In this document: positions 1 through 11,476 of the stretch, in pieces
Layout: each line of letters begins with the position of its first letter
How positions within the stretch are numbered: the stretch's first letter is position 1
Source of the DNA: Octopus sinensis
Lineage: Eukaryota
NCBI RefSeq assembly: GCF_006345805.1
Contig: NC_042998.1
Coordinates: 184,884,001-184,948,000, forward strand
DNA: 64,000 nucleotides
Direction of reading: 5' to 3'
The notes under the pieces: model-generated
Told to the model about the DNA's origin: nothing
Seen by the model: the letters and a program-made list of their open reading frames with translations, nothing else
Database searches by the model: none
Program-made: the position numbers and the translations under genes

Positions 1-841
1 TCTGCTCGCATACATGTATTCGTATGTGTGTATAACAATGATTGCGTGTGTGCGTGTAAATACATCCATCCACACATATATATGTATATATGTGTGTATG
101 TGTGTGTGCATGCGTGGGGTTTTAAGCCATCTATTCTGGATTAAAATATTCTTCCATATTTGATTAAATACTTGTATCAGAACAATGGCTGTCTGTAGTA
201 CATCTGCTTTTAACAGATCTGGATGTATACAATTTTTAGCCGACCATTTATGGTTTAGCAGCTGCATAAGTGCTGTGGTACCTAGTAGCAAACTAAACAA
301 TTCTTCAACTGTTCTTCAACTGCAAATACTTTTACTCTTCTCAAATTGGTGTTCTCTATCCATTGTCTTCTGGATAAATTCTTACCACCTTGTTATTACA
401 ACAGAGTATTTGGTCAATAGATTTCCATTATGATCTCATCTCATTACAATCTATGCTTTAATACTGAATGAAGGAAATAATGATATAAAATTGTCATAAA
501 GAATGAAAAATGTTTTTACGAGAGAGTTGCAATCGGAGAAGCATTACTCTCACCCTTATTACTATGAAGATGGTCTGCAAAATACTGCCGAAATATGCTA
601 TGCTTAGAGAAAAACATGCAAGTTTCAGAAAAGTTAGTGGACATGACAATCATTTATAACAGGTCTCATGTATGTCATGTGAAATGTTATAGACCAATCG
701 AGTGAATTGCGTTCATCAATGGTATATTTTTCATTGACTTTGAAAATGCATTTGACAGTAATTCCCACAAAATCTTAGCAAAAATTTTATATCTTAGAAA
801 TGTGAACATATCCATGAAAATTAATGAAAACTTCCCTTTTT

Positions 842-842
842 A

Positions 843-940
<98 letters not shown>

Positions 941-950
941 ACTATCTATC
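842..950. repeat. (TATC)n microsatellite
   Basis: Long near-pure tatc array; the same motif recurs many times in the window. Confidence 0.95.
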
Positions 951-953
951 TAC

Positions 954-1012
954 ATAACTGAAGAGATGGCGGCGTGGATTTTCACCTCGGCATCCGAAAC
1001 TCGGAGTTTTAT
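954..1012 (+). ncRNA. Type-I hammerhead ribozyme-like motif, probably in a Penelope-like terminal-repeat remnant
   Basis: ataa-CTGAAGA-[imperfect helix II 965-995]-GAAA-ctcggag-T-T-ttat. The core CUGANGA/GAAA/UH is intact, stem I is ataa/ttat and helix III is a near-palindrome. Confidence 0.55.
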
Positions 1013-1038
1013 CATGGCTACCGAATAATTGTCACATG

Positions 1039-1049
<11 letters not shown>

Positions 1050-1077
<28 letters not shown>

Positions 1078-1232
1078 CACACACGGCGGGTTTCTTTCAG
1101 TTTCCGTCTACCAAATCCACTCACAAGGCCTTGGTCGGCCCGAGGCTATAGTAGAAGACACTTGCCCAAGATGCCACACAGTGGGACTGAATCGGAACCA
1201 TGTGGTTGGGAAGCAAACTTCTTACCACATCC
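1050..1232 (-). mobile_element. tRNA-derived SINE family B (CORE-like), 5' half
   Basis: The reverse complement matches the copies at 38659 and 39825 (ggttc..gttcagtcccactg..ccttgggcaagtgtcttctactatagcctcgggccgacc). Confidence 0.85.
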
Positions 1233-1664
1233 GTTTAGACAAATATTTTTCATGTCATTTTAGTGGTTACTTCCGATTGCATGTGCTGCACAGGAACATA
1301 CTTGTCACAAAAACTTTAAAAAATTTTTGCTGTCTATTTTTATGAAATATTTAAAGACATAATACTGTTTTATAGAGTCTCACAGTCATATTTATAAACT
1401 CACTGTCATGTGATAAAGTTGCGCTTCGCAGAGAAGTATACGAACCTCCCAGTTAATAAGTCGAACCACGTACACCATGTACACCGGACAATGACGTACA
1501 ATATGAGACAAAGGAGGTGAAGAAATCTAAGATTTTAGTGCATTATCTTGTTCAGAAGCGCTTTGGTATAAACTAAATGCAGTTTTCTATATACAATAAA
1601 TACATAGCTTAATTCCCGTTGGTTGTTCTCTTCGGGTTTTCTGTCTTATGTTGTATCTGCAAAT

Positions 1665-1892
1665 GGCGATCCTTCAGTATAGGTACCGTAAGTACCGGAA
1701 GTGGCTTTGTTTACATTTTTGAAGATAACAGAAACCCTTTTCTACCACCCCTAACCCTAACACAAACCCTAACCCTAACACAAACCCTAACCCTAACACA
1801 AACCCTAACCCTAACCCCCCATATATATATATAAAAAAACCACTTTCTTGAAATGTATCCGGTACTTTCGGTACCTATACCGAAGTTACGCC
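1665..1892. mobile_element. MITE with 8-bp TSD and GG..CC ends (Merlin-like), internal CCCTAA repeats
   Basis: TSD ctgcaaat at 1657-1664 and 1893-1900. About 35-bp imperfect TIRs (ggcgatccttcagtataggtaccg / cggtacctataccgaagttacgcc). Internal array of an 18-bp unit, aaccctaaccctaacaca. Confidence 0.8.
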
Positions 1893-2024
1893 CTGCAAAT
1901 GTATAATTTTCAGTTCATATTATTCTATATCAATTATGACATTTTATGTAGAAGTTACTGGCTATTTATATTTCGAATTGAGTTGCACAACTTTGGAATG
2001 ATTTGTCCGTTTGTGGTTAATTAA

Positions 2025-2060
2025 CAATTAGAATACTTACAATTGTAAGTATTCTAATTG
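2025..2060. repeat. Perfect 36-bp zero-spacer palindrome
   Basis: caattagaatacttacaa|ttgtaagtattctaattg. Confidence 0.9.
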
Positions 2061-3046
2061 ATGTAAGACGAGTAGATATATATATATATATATATAAAGT
2101 TAGCTTATTCACTAAGGCGTTATCATTACTAAGTTGATGGGTTAAGTTGTTCAGAGGTGCTTTGGTGTAAACTTGTATACGAAAGTTATGTAGTTCGACT
2201 ACAAGTTTTTGTATCGTACTTGTAAATGTATAATTTTAAGTTTACGCTCACATACATATACAGACACCCGCGTACATGTAAACACACACACACACACACA
2301 CACATTAGTATTAACATGTGTATGTATATATTAGTTTAGTATATAAACGTGTATGTGCATTTGTATGTATGTACATGTGTGTATGTACGCACGTTAGTAT
2401 GTATGTATGTATGCATGCATGTATGTAAATATGCTTGTACGTATGCATGCATGTGTGTGTTGTGTGCGCACACGACAGTGTAAGAGAGAAAGAGACAGAC
2501 TGACAGACAGAGACAGAGATAAAGAAACTGCAAAGACTTGGGTGTGAGCGTTTGAAATTTCAGCCATTATAACAGACCTGAGAAGAAAGAAAAGAAAGAG
2601 AAGACTACTATAGTGTTGTTTGTCACACTGTATATATTTACCTGTCATAACCGAGTTTCTGAGTACACATGCCAGTCTGTTTGTCTGTATAACTTACCTG
2701 GTGAATGCAGATACGTATAAATACATACATATGTACGTGTGTAAGAGTGCATACATATGTGTGTGTGAGTGTGTGTGTTTGTAATACATATACATGTACA
2801 TACGTAGATACATAGATACAAAGACACATATCCATATCATGTGTGTATATAAATATATTATATATTATATATATATAATATATGTGTATGTGTTCGTGCA
2901 TGTATGTATGTATGTATGTATGGACGGATGGATGGATATATATATATATATATACACACACACATACATGTCTATATATGTATGTACATAGACACATATT
3001 TTACAAAGTGTGTTTACATGTCTGTGTATGTGTGTGTATGCATATG

Positions 3047-3090
<44 letters not shown>

Positions 3091-3354
3091 TAAATTCACA
3101 AGGCATTCGCCCCGCCGTGTCAAATTGTCCAGTCAGTCAATTAACAGCCATAGCGGCGTGACGGTCATAGAGTTCTAACACAGCAGCCGTTGATATCTGC
3201 CCCACCCTTCGTGTTACCTTGTATCACCTCCGCCACTTCTCTCCCGTCTCCCCACTCCCTGCACACCTCTCCTCTGACCACACTGCTCCTGTGACACCGC
3301 CGCTGACGCCATCATCGACCACCAAGCACCAAGTACCAATCACTACCGCCGCTA

Positions 3355-3394
3355 TCTCCCCACCACCACCACCACCACCATAACGACAACAAAA

Positions 3395-3437
<43 letters not shown>

Positions 3438-3724
3438 TCCTGTGCTGTGATGCAGATTGTCACAATTACAGAGACCACCACGGCGACTACGACCATCAGT
3501 ATCATTTTAATCATTCTTATCGATAGTGCCTTACCATGAAGTCTATCGTTTCTAAATCCACCGAGACTGCAAATGATGCTATCATCAGCTTCACTATTAC
3601 TATTATTACTACCACTTCCACCACAACCAATACCTTTACCATTACCACTAATATTGCGACTAACAATTCTATCTCTAAAACTAATTCGTCAACATGTCTG
3701 CTATTGGCTCGTTACCAACTTCAT

Positions 3725-3804
<80 letters not shown>

Positions 3805-3850
3805 GCTGCTGCTACAGCTGCTGCTGCTGCTGCTGCTGCGACGACGAAGG
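3355..3850. repeat. Compound trinucleotide low-complexity block (CAC/TAC/TGC)
   Basis: Runs of cac, tac and tgc; these explain the poly-L/T/Y/C ORFs. Confidence 0.9.
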
Positions 3851-5266
3851 CAACGACGACGGATCTTGTTACATTTTTTCAAACCATTTCAAGTTTTTTC
3901 AAATTTTCACTCGGTTATTTTCAATAGGTGTAGTTCTGACGTAGTACTAAGATGTAATTCTGATGTAGTTTTATTATTAGTTTCTTCTAGAAATTAATAA
4001 TATAAGAGTTACAAGCATTTGAAATTATGTAATTTTAGCCAATCAGTAGCAGTCATCACCACCGCCAGATATACCGAACGTCATGACTGGTTGTTTTTTC
4101 CCCCATGGAAACAGAACACATGAAACCGTTACGTTGTCTCAACCTTTAAGAAATACCAACCAAATCTTCCTTATGCAACATCTTGATATCCGAGAAAGGT
4201 ACTCTAGGGCCAGCTCGTGGTGGTGGTGGTGGTGGTGATGGTGGCGGTGGCAGTGGTGTTAAACTGGTGGATGGTTTACGCCTAGAGTTCAACTAAACCA
4301 TAGTGGGTTTTTAAAATCAGAACAGTGCCAGAATAAATATGGCAAAGCATCCCGTCCAACGCTCTAGAATGATGGAATTAAACTCAAAATACCAGAACCC
4401 AAATAAATACCGTAAAGCGTTTTGGCCAACATTCTAACACTTCTATCATTTGTCATTGACATCAGTACATTACAGGTACGTATATGATCGACTCAAATCG
4501 GCGGCGAATTAGTAGAATCGATAGAGCGTGGGATAAAATCTTTGTAAATCTGTTCTCTGTGCCCTGAATTCAAATCTGGCAAAAGTATTCAAGTACTACC
4601 TCTTTTTAACTGGCGGCACCAAATAACGTCAAAGACAAGCAAACATACATTATACACAGCATACTATCATACACATGAAAAAAATTACCTCCATCACTTC
4701 TACATCATTTGCAAGCTAAGCATAATAATAATAATGATAAACTGATGCTTAGTTATATTATTAGCACTCACAATCACTAAATTTAGCCAGGATAAAAAAT
4801 AACAACAATAATATATGAATATATTGGATCGAAATCGAACACCAATTATGCCAGTATTACTTAGTCAGTCAATCACTTTGCAGCAAACAGCAACAAAATA
4901 CAAACACAAAAATTACGAACGCGTTTCGCGTTATTGGAAGCTGCACATGTCAATGACTGAAAGCATTAACTCACTTGTTATTTAACAAAACAAAATTACT
5001 CAAAATGAAAAAAGCATCTAGACACAGTAAAGTTATTATTACAGCAGAAAAACCTATGTACTCTATATACGCTCAGTAACTAAGTGTTCAATCTTTCACA
5101 GATACTAAGACAAATCTTCAATATTCCAGGTCACTACTTTATCAATGGCTTTCTCACTCAAGCCAAACTAAAGTGCAATAAAGGAGCAACCATCATGCTC
5201 TACCTATGTTTACCTCGGAAGCCTCCGCTTTGGCCACAACCAGATTCAGTACTTGTATAAGAAATA

Positions 5267-5655
5267 GACGCAATGGCCCAGTGGTTAGGGCAGCGGACTC
5301 GCGGTCATAGGATCGCGGTTTCGATTCCCAGACCGGGCGTTGTGAGTGTTTATTGAGCGAAAACACCTAAAGCTCCACGAGGCTCCGGCAGGGGATGGTG
5401 GTGATCCCTGCTGTACTCTTTCACCACAACTTTCTCTCACTCTTACTTCCTGTTTCTGTTGTACCTGTATTTCAAAGGGCCGGCCTTGTCACTCTCTGTG
5501 TCACGCTGAATATCCCCGAGAACTATGTTAAGAGTACACGTGTCTGTGGGTCTATGGAGTGCTCAGCCACTTACACGTTAATTTCACGAGCAGGCTGTTC
5601 CGTTGATTCGGATCAACCGGAACCCTCGTCGTCGTAACCGACGGAGTGCTTCCAA
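5267..5655 (+). mobile_element. tRNA-derived SINE family C, full length
   Basis: A-box tggcccagtgg and B-box gtttcgattcc. The 5' part matches 31936-32112 and the 3' part matches 54755-54930 (minus strand). Confidence 0.85.
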
Positions 5656-5909
5656 GAAATAGACAGGACAACAAATAATGTGCATTACAGTTAATATGTC
5701 ACGCAGAGGCCCCATATGGTTCATTACAATACATAGGACTGCGGTGTATAATGCTCAGCAAAGTTGAGACATGATGGATTTATGGATCGCTCCTTTTTGT
5801 TCGGGCAACTAGCTGCAAGCTGTAGGACTCTTCAGTCATAACTGACCTAGAAGCGGGGGCTATACAAGAACCGATGGCATTAACATTAAGGGCTTTTTTT
5901 AAGGCGGAG

Positions 5910-6035
5910 AGCTGGCAGAATAGATTCTTTCGGGGTCGATAAAATAAGTACCGGTTGAGCACTGGGGTGGATGTAATCGACTTAAGCCCCTCTCCCGAAA
6001 TTGCTGGCCTTGTGCCAAAATTTGAAACCATTAAC
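5910..6035 (+). mobile_element. SINE family A, internally deleted
   Basis: ggcggagagctggcagaa joined to ctttcggggtcgataaaataagtacc...taatcgact. Confidence 0.75.
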
Positions 6036-6560
6036 ATTCAAGGTTTTTCTGACCAGTCGCCTTGATGTCAGTGTTATTTTTACGCATAGGATCAATCTTG
6101 ATGAATAAACCCTTGACTCGTTAGATGCAACCGTTAAATCTCCTTAAAATCATACTTTAGAAGAAAGCCACACTTTTATGTGGTTCCAGATATAAATACA
6201 TAAGAGATAAATCACTGATGCAACGCTGCTGCTATTGCTATTACTACAACGACTACTAAAACTACTATTACTATAAAAACAATCTCAGCGTGAGTAATAA
6301 CCATACAAAGGAGCCTATACGTGGTAATTCAACCTGCTAGAAGTAGCAGCCAAATCTCTATCAAATAACACCTTACCATCTTTAAAGAGATCAAGGACAT
6401 GTGATATAATATTGTCCGAGGTAATTCCAAACATTGCAAAAAAAGACGAGTTGGAATGGTTTTGATCAGTCAGGATTGATTCTTTTTTGAACATCATAAT
6501 CATGATCATCATCGTCATCGTCGTCATCATCATCATCATTATCATTATCAATGTCAACAT

Positions 6561-6762
6561 CAGCAGCAGCCGTTCAAGAATTTGGATCTGGAGATCTCCA
6601 TTTCCAGCGAATTCGAGGGCCACCTCCCAGTGGTGTCGGGTGTCAACGAAGAGCCCTCGACTACAACAAGACGACCAAAGTTTTTTTTTCCCAAGGTCTG
6701 GGGTCTCCCGCCCTTAAGTCCTAGACCATCACCTAATTACCCTTACCCGTCTTGTTGCTTAA
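6561..6762 (+). other. Unidentified coding-like module, copy A (within open frame 6480-6953)
   Basis: About 94% identical to 16509-16709. Reads QQQPFKNLDLEISISSEFEGHLPVVSGVNEEPSTTTRRPKFFFPKVWGLPPLSPRPSPNYPYPSCCL. Confidence 0.5.
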
Positions 6763-7315
6763 AAACAACAACAACAACAACAACATCAAGAACAACAAAA
6801 CCTAAAGCAACAAAAACGACACTAGCAAATACAGTACTAACAATAGTTGTTGCAGCATCAGTAGATCAGGAGCAACATCAGCCTGCACCGTTCGGCATGA
6901 GCAATCAGATACAAAGACAAGGCAACACCCACCACAGCAGCGTTTCTTTATGAACGTAACCACGCCAACACCTAACCTGCAACAATGGCTGTCAGCAATA
7001 GCATTTACTCACCTTCCTCAAGAGTCGTAACCAGTAAACACAAACAACAGGCCAAGTTTCGTTTGGATTTACTTAAAAGACTATCATCTTTGTTAGTTGA
7101 AAATAAAACGTCTTTGTTTAGCTTTCCTATTGTTTAAAACACTTGATCCGTTTCCTCTGTTGGTATAGATATTACCTATTAAAATGCACGTGTTTTGTAT
7201 GTATGTATCTATGTATGTGCATGTATGTGTGTGTGTATATATATATTATAATATATATATATATATTATAATATATATATATATATATATAATATATATA
7301 TATGTGTGTGTATAT

Positions 7316-7397
<82 letters not shown>

Positions 7398-7574
7398 ATA
7401 TACATGTGTGTATGTGTATGTATATATATATATATGTATGGGCGCATGCGTGGATGGATGGTAAGCAGTCTACTTCCCAACCACATGGTTCCGCGTTCTG
7501 TCCCACTACCCAACTATATGACACCTTGTCTTCTGCTATGGCGCTAAAAGTAGATTTGGGGGAAAAAACGCCGC

Positions 7575-7606
<32 letters not shown>

Positions 7607-7663
7607 TAATATATATATATAGATCATAAATGGTGGGGTTGTGTTGACCGCACGTGAGAAATG

Positions 7664-7818
7664 ATAAGCAAGGAAAAATTGTAAAAATGCAGAATGCTCG
7701 ATTGAAAGAAAATTTTAATGAAATGAGAAAATGAAAAATATATTTTTTCATTTTCTCATTTCATTAAAATTTTCTTTCAATCGAGCATTCTGCATTTTTA
7801 CAATTTTTCCTTGCTTAT
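7664..7818. repeat. 155-bp zero-spacer palindrome
   Basis: Arms 7664-7740 and 7741-7818 are reverse complements apart from one extra T near the centre. Confidence 0.9.
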
Positions 7819-7844
7819 ATATATATTATATATAATATATATAA

Positions 7845-7876
<32 letters not shown>

Positions 7877-8156
7877 CATACATATATATATATGCGACGG
7901 GTTTCTTTCTATGTATATATATCTAACAGAACCCCATCGTGTATGTATGTGTGTATGTGTTTGTCCCCACCACTGCTTGACAACCGGTGTCAGTTTGTTT
8001 ATGCCGACGTAACTTAACAGCTCGGCATAAGACACCGATAGAATAGGTTCCAGGTTTTAAAAATAAGTACTGGGGTCGAAACCATCTTTTGTACAATCCA
8101 TTAATTTCCTTGTGGATTACTTGAAAACCTATGATAAAATTGCTTGCAATGCAGAA

Positions 8157-8157
<1 letters not shown>

Positions 8158-8232
<75 letters not shown>
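8158..8232. repeat. (TAA)n microsatellite
   Basis: About 25 taa units. Confidence 0.95.
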
Positions 8233-8279
8233 GTTAAATGAAAAATAAATAAAAATAAAGTTGGAGTTAACATTTCTAA

Positions 8280-9170
8280 CATAGGAATAGAACTCAGCAA
8301 ATTGCTTGTGTTTATTGAAGGTAGAAAATCAGTCCCTCTAACCCAGAACCTGGACATCAACGGTCTCTTTATCTTTCCTGTTCCACGCAAAGAATGCTAC
8401 AAATACCAAGGCATTGATGAATGTATGTCATATGAAGGTGCAGAGAACACGGCAAAGTGATTCGAGAATATGGCATCAAACTGCATTTGCAGTACCAGTG
8501 CTGATAACAACGTTTAGGATACTTGGCTGGTCTTTAGAGGAAATCCAATTCTGAGCAATAGAAACTTGCAAAATCCTGACATCATTTGGAATCTTCTACA
8601 GAAACTGATGTCGACATACTCTGTCTAAGGGATTTGAGATCAGTGCAGATATCTTTCGAATGTCGCCCAGTATCTTTTAGACAGCACTTGCTAAACAACA
8701 GCAGCAAAATAGATATATAAACCAACAGCAGTAAGAGCGAGGACAACAGCACCCTTACGACTCGGCAGTGAGCTCCTCCAGAAATAGTCTCTTCCTGATG
8801 TTCTGTAGATCCCCAAAGCAGGAGGACTAACAGTCCTCGAAATCTTGAATGTGAAACACTCAGCATATCAAAAAGGACCGCATGGTTATGTTTCCCGAAG
8901 GTTTGGAAATGATGCTAATAACAACTTGAAGTGTAGCATTTCTTGGATTCGTGACCGTTCGAAAGCTCTGCGTTTGTATTCTAATAGCGGGAGATTGCTA
9001 TAAAATACCTTATAAACAGAAGGGACAGTAAAGCCTTGGAGGCATAAGATGCAACAAAAAAAGGTTGATTATGTCGCATTTCTATGGAAGACATCACACA
9101 TGTGTTCAACAACTTCCCAAAAATGGTATCGCAATGCGACATTTTTTGTTAAAACAATGCCATCCGAGAA
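8280..9170 (+). pseudogene. R4/Dong-type non-LTR retrotransposon relic (RT C-terminal part to zinc-knuckle region)
   Basis: Translates in pieces as LDINGLFIFPVPRKECYKYQGIDE and AFAVPVLITTFRILGWSLEEIQ. The segment (R)EIAIKYLINRRD is homologous to QEISTKYLMHKRD at about 47710. Many frameshifts. Confidence 0.75.
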
Positions 9171-9258
9171 AAGACTGTCCTGAAATAAATATATAGAATC
9201 CTCCTGTTACTGAATGCATACATAACTATCAAATACATACATACATAACTTTTATATA

Positions 9259-9482
9259 CAGGGTTGGCCAAAAGTTACTTGACAGTAAATCAAAATTCCA
9301 TAAATACTTACTATTCAGTTTTATTTATTCATTCCAATTATGAATGTTTCATAAGTGAACACTGTGAGTTTTTTTCAACATTTGTCTATTTATTAGCGAA
9401 GTCTCATATAAAATAATTTTTAGTTTTAATCTTGGAATTAAATGGGGTTTTTTTATTGTCAGGTGATTTTTGACCAACTCTG
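9259..9482. mobile_element. Tc1/mariner-type MITE
   Basis: TA precedes cagggttggccaaaagttacttgacag; the right end ttgtcaggtgatttttgaccaactctg is a 21/27 inverted match. Confidence 0.7.
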
Positions 9483-9744
9483 TTTATATATATGGAACCA
9501 CATAAAACAAGGAAAATTAGTGGAATATTTCCATCAAAACTGCTATAAAGTACAAATATAACAGGCCGGATATAGCAGCTTAAGGCAGACTATCAGCCGA
9601 AATTGCGAGGATTATCCGGGTCTTGACTGAAGATAAAAAGGCTTCGAATGACCCGTCCGTGTTTTTTTTTTGTATCGTCTATCTGGATGTTTTGTTGTCC
9701 CGCTTTGCGTCCTTGTCCCATTTTGTATTTTATTTTATATATAT

Positions 9745-9960
9745 ATAATGTATGATCCGTCTTAAAGGCCTTGCTGTTGTGATGTTCTCTTCAAAAATCA
9801 AAGAGAAAGAGGATAAATATGGGCAACTGCTTCGAGACTTACAGCTAAACTATTATAATTTCAGATATATACCAATACTATTCGGTGCCTTGCTTTTGTA
9901 AGTAAATGTCAAAATGGCATGCTGGATAGGCAAGGATTTTTAGCGGAAGATCTCAACTAG
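9745..9960 (+). pseudogene. Continuation of the R4/Dong relic (REL endonuclease C-terminus)
   Basis: KIKEKEDKYGQLLRDLQLNYYNFRYIPILFGAL is homologous to KIREKENVYAELFRNLQLLYPDYNLRFITVIIGTL at 48125-48230. Confidence 0.75.
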
Positions 9961-10199
9961 CTAACACTCACATTACAAATACGATTTGTAAATAAAACAG
10001 TAAAATACACGAAACTTTTCTCATGTGATATTGTTTTTGTATACAAGAGCATAAAACAAACCTAGAGGCATGTACATATACAGCTACATACGTAGACAGA
10101 TACACAGAAACAGAGATACAAATATACATGCAAGTACATATATGCTTGCATACATCATGTATAAATACACGTACAAACGCATAGACAGTCACATACACG

Positions 10200-10338
10200 C
10201 ACACCAACCACATGGTCCTGGGTTCAGTCCCACTGCGTGGCACCTTCGGCAAGTGTCTTCTACTATAGCTTCGGGCCGACCAAAGCCTTGTGAGTGGATT
10301 TGGTAGAGGGAAACTGGAAGAAGCCCGTTGTATATATG

Positions 10339-10340
<2 letters not shown>
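10200..10340 (+). mobile_element. SINE family B, 5' half
   Basis: accaaccacatggtcctgggttcagtcccactgcgtggcacc... matches the other family B copies. Confidence 0.85.
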
Positions 10341-10374
<34 letters not shown>

Positions 10375-10379
10375 TAGGG

Positions 10380-10550
10380 AGAGTTTACGAAAAAAAACAA
10401 AAGACGAAGACAGGTGGTGTACAAAACAAACAGATGTATTAGTATAACGCTCAGGAATAGAAAAAGTCTTTTACGTTTCGAGCCTACGCTCTTCTACAGA
10501 AAGGGACACAGAAAAAAACAAGGAGAGAAAAAAATGTGTGTAGTGGTTAA
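10380..10550 (-). mobile_element. Penelope-like terminal-repeat remnant with minimal hammerhead motif (10468-10503)
   Basis: Minus strand reads cttt-CTGTAGA-agagc-gtag-gctc-GAAA-cg-T-A-aaag followed by ttcctgagcgt, shared with 32915-33075. Confidence 0.6.
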
Positions 10551-10631
10551 CGATATATCATGGCGACTAGTGCCACGTGAACACATACATATTTACAAAC
10601 ACATCCGTACATGTACATTTACATACATACA

Positions 10632-10987
10632 CGACCCACCATCAACTATCAGCCAGACAGGCAGGCAGGCAAATATATACGTTTTCCAGGTGACTCAAAA
10701 TTCAACAAAAGCGAGTAGATCTTACAAAAACAAAAAAACAGAAAAAGAGCGGGGAACGCGAAATTTGGTTAAGGAATTTCACTTAATTGTTTTGTCTTGG
10801 ACATCCATACATTGAAGTTATTCATCGTAATTCGTTCGCTAGGCTGCGTGTTCGGAACAGACTGGAAGTAATAAAACTTAACGCGTCTATCAATCCGCCT
10901 GCCCGCCTGCCCGCCTGCCGGCCTGCCTGCCCGTCCGCCCGCCTGCCTGCCCGCTCGCCCGCCTGGCTGATAGTTGATGGTGGGTCG
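10632..10987. repeat. 25-bp perfect inverted repeat spaced 306 bp apart
   Basis: 10632-10656 cgacccaccatcaactatcagccag versus 10963-10987 ctggctgatagttgatggtgggtcg; inner caggcagg/cctgcc tracts extend the pairing. Confidence 0.9.
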
Positions 10988-11274
10988 GTGGGTCGATCGG
11001 ATGTTCATCGACAGAATAGAAGTGACTGACTGATGACGGTCTTTCTTGGCAGTTATTAAAAACTCAAGCTGCCGCAAGAGTCAAGTTGTGGCGGTGAATT
11101 GGAGAGGAAGTTGCAGTAGAGAGTGGATGAGGAAAATAGAAAGAGGAGTGGAGAGAGAAGAGAGAGAGAGAAAGGGAGAGAGAGAGAGAGAGAGAGGGGT
11201 ATGATGGTTGCAGCAAAGTGTTGGCAGGAGCTGTAGTATTGGTGCGCAGCAGTTGCGAGTCGGAATGTATTGGT

Positions 11275-11433
11275 TGATGATAATGATGATGAGGATGATG
11301 GTGATGATGATGATGATGAGGATGGTGATGATGATGATGATGATGATGATGTTGATTATGATGATGATGATGATGATTATGATGATGATGATGATGATAA
11401 TGATGATGATGATGATGATAATGATGATGGTGG

Positions 11434-11476
<43 letters not shown>

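Noticed and set aside
1748-1815. Telomeric repeats suggesting a chromosome end
   Set aside because: Short, interrupted, and enclosed by TIRs and a TSD.
5267-5345. tRNA-like sequences with A and B boxes (also at 21998, 31936, 38200, 38659 and others)
   Set aside because: They are SINE heads without a complete cloverleaf and run into repeat bodies; not tRNA genes.
6600-6625. ISSEFEGHL resembles octopus tachykinin (SSSEFIGLM)
   Set aside because: No FxGLM-amide motif, Gly-Lys-Arg cleavage signal or signal peptide; chance similarity.
9620-9655. Further hammerhead-like fragments (also about 18740, 22640 and 57440)
   Set aside because: Two or more core positions or helices are broken; at most dead remnants.
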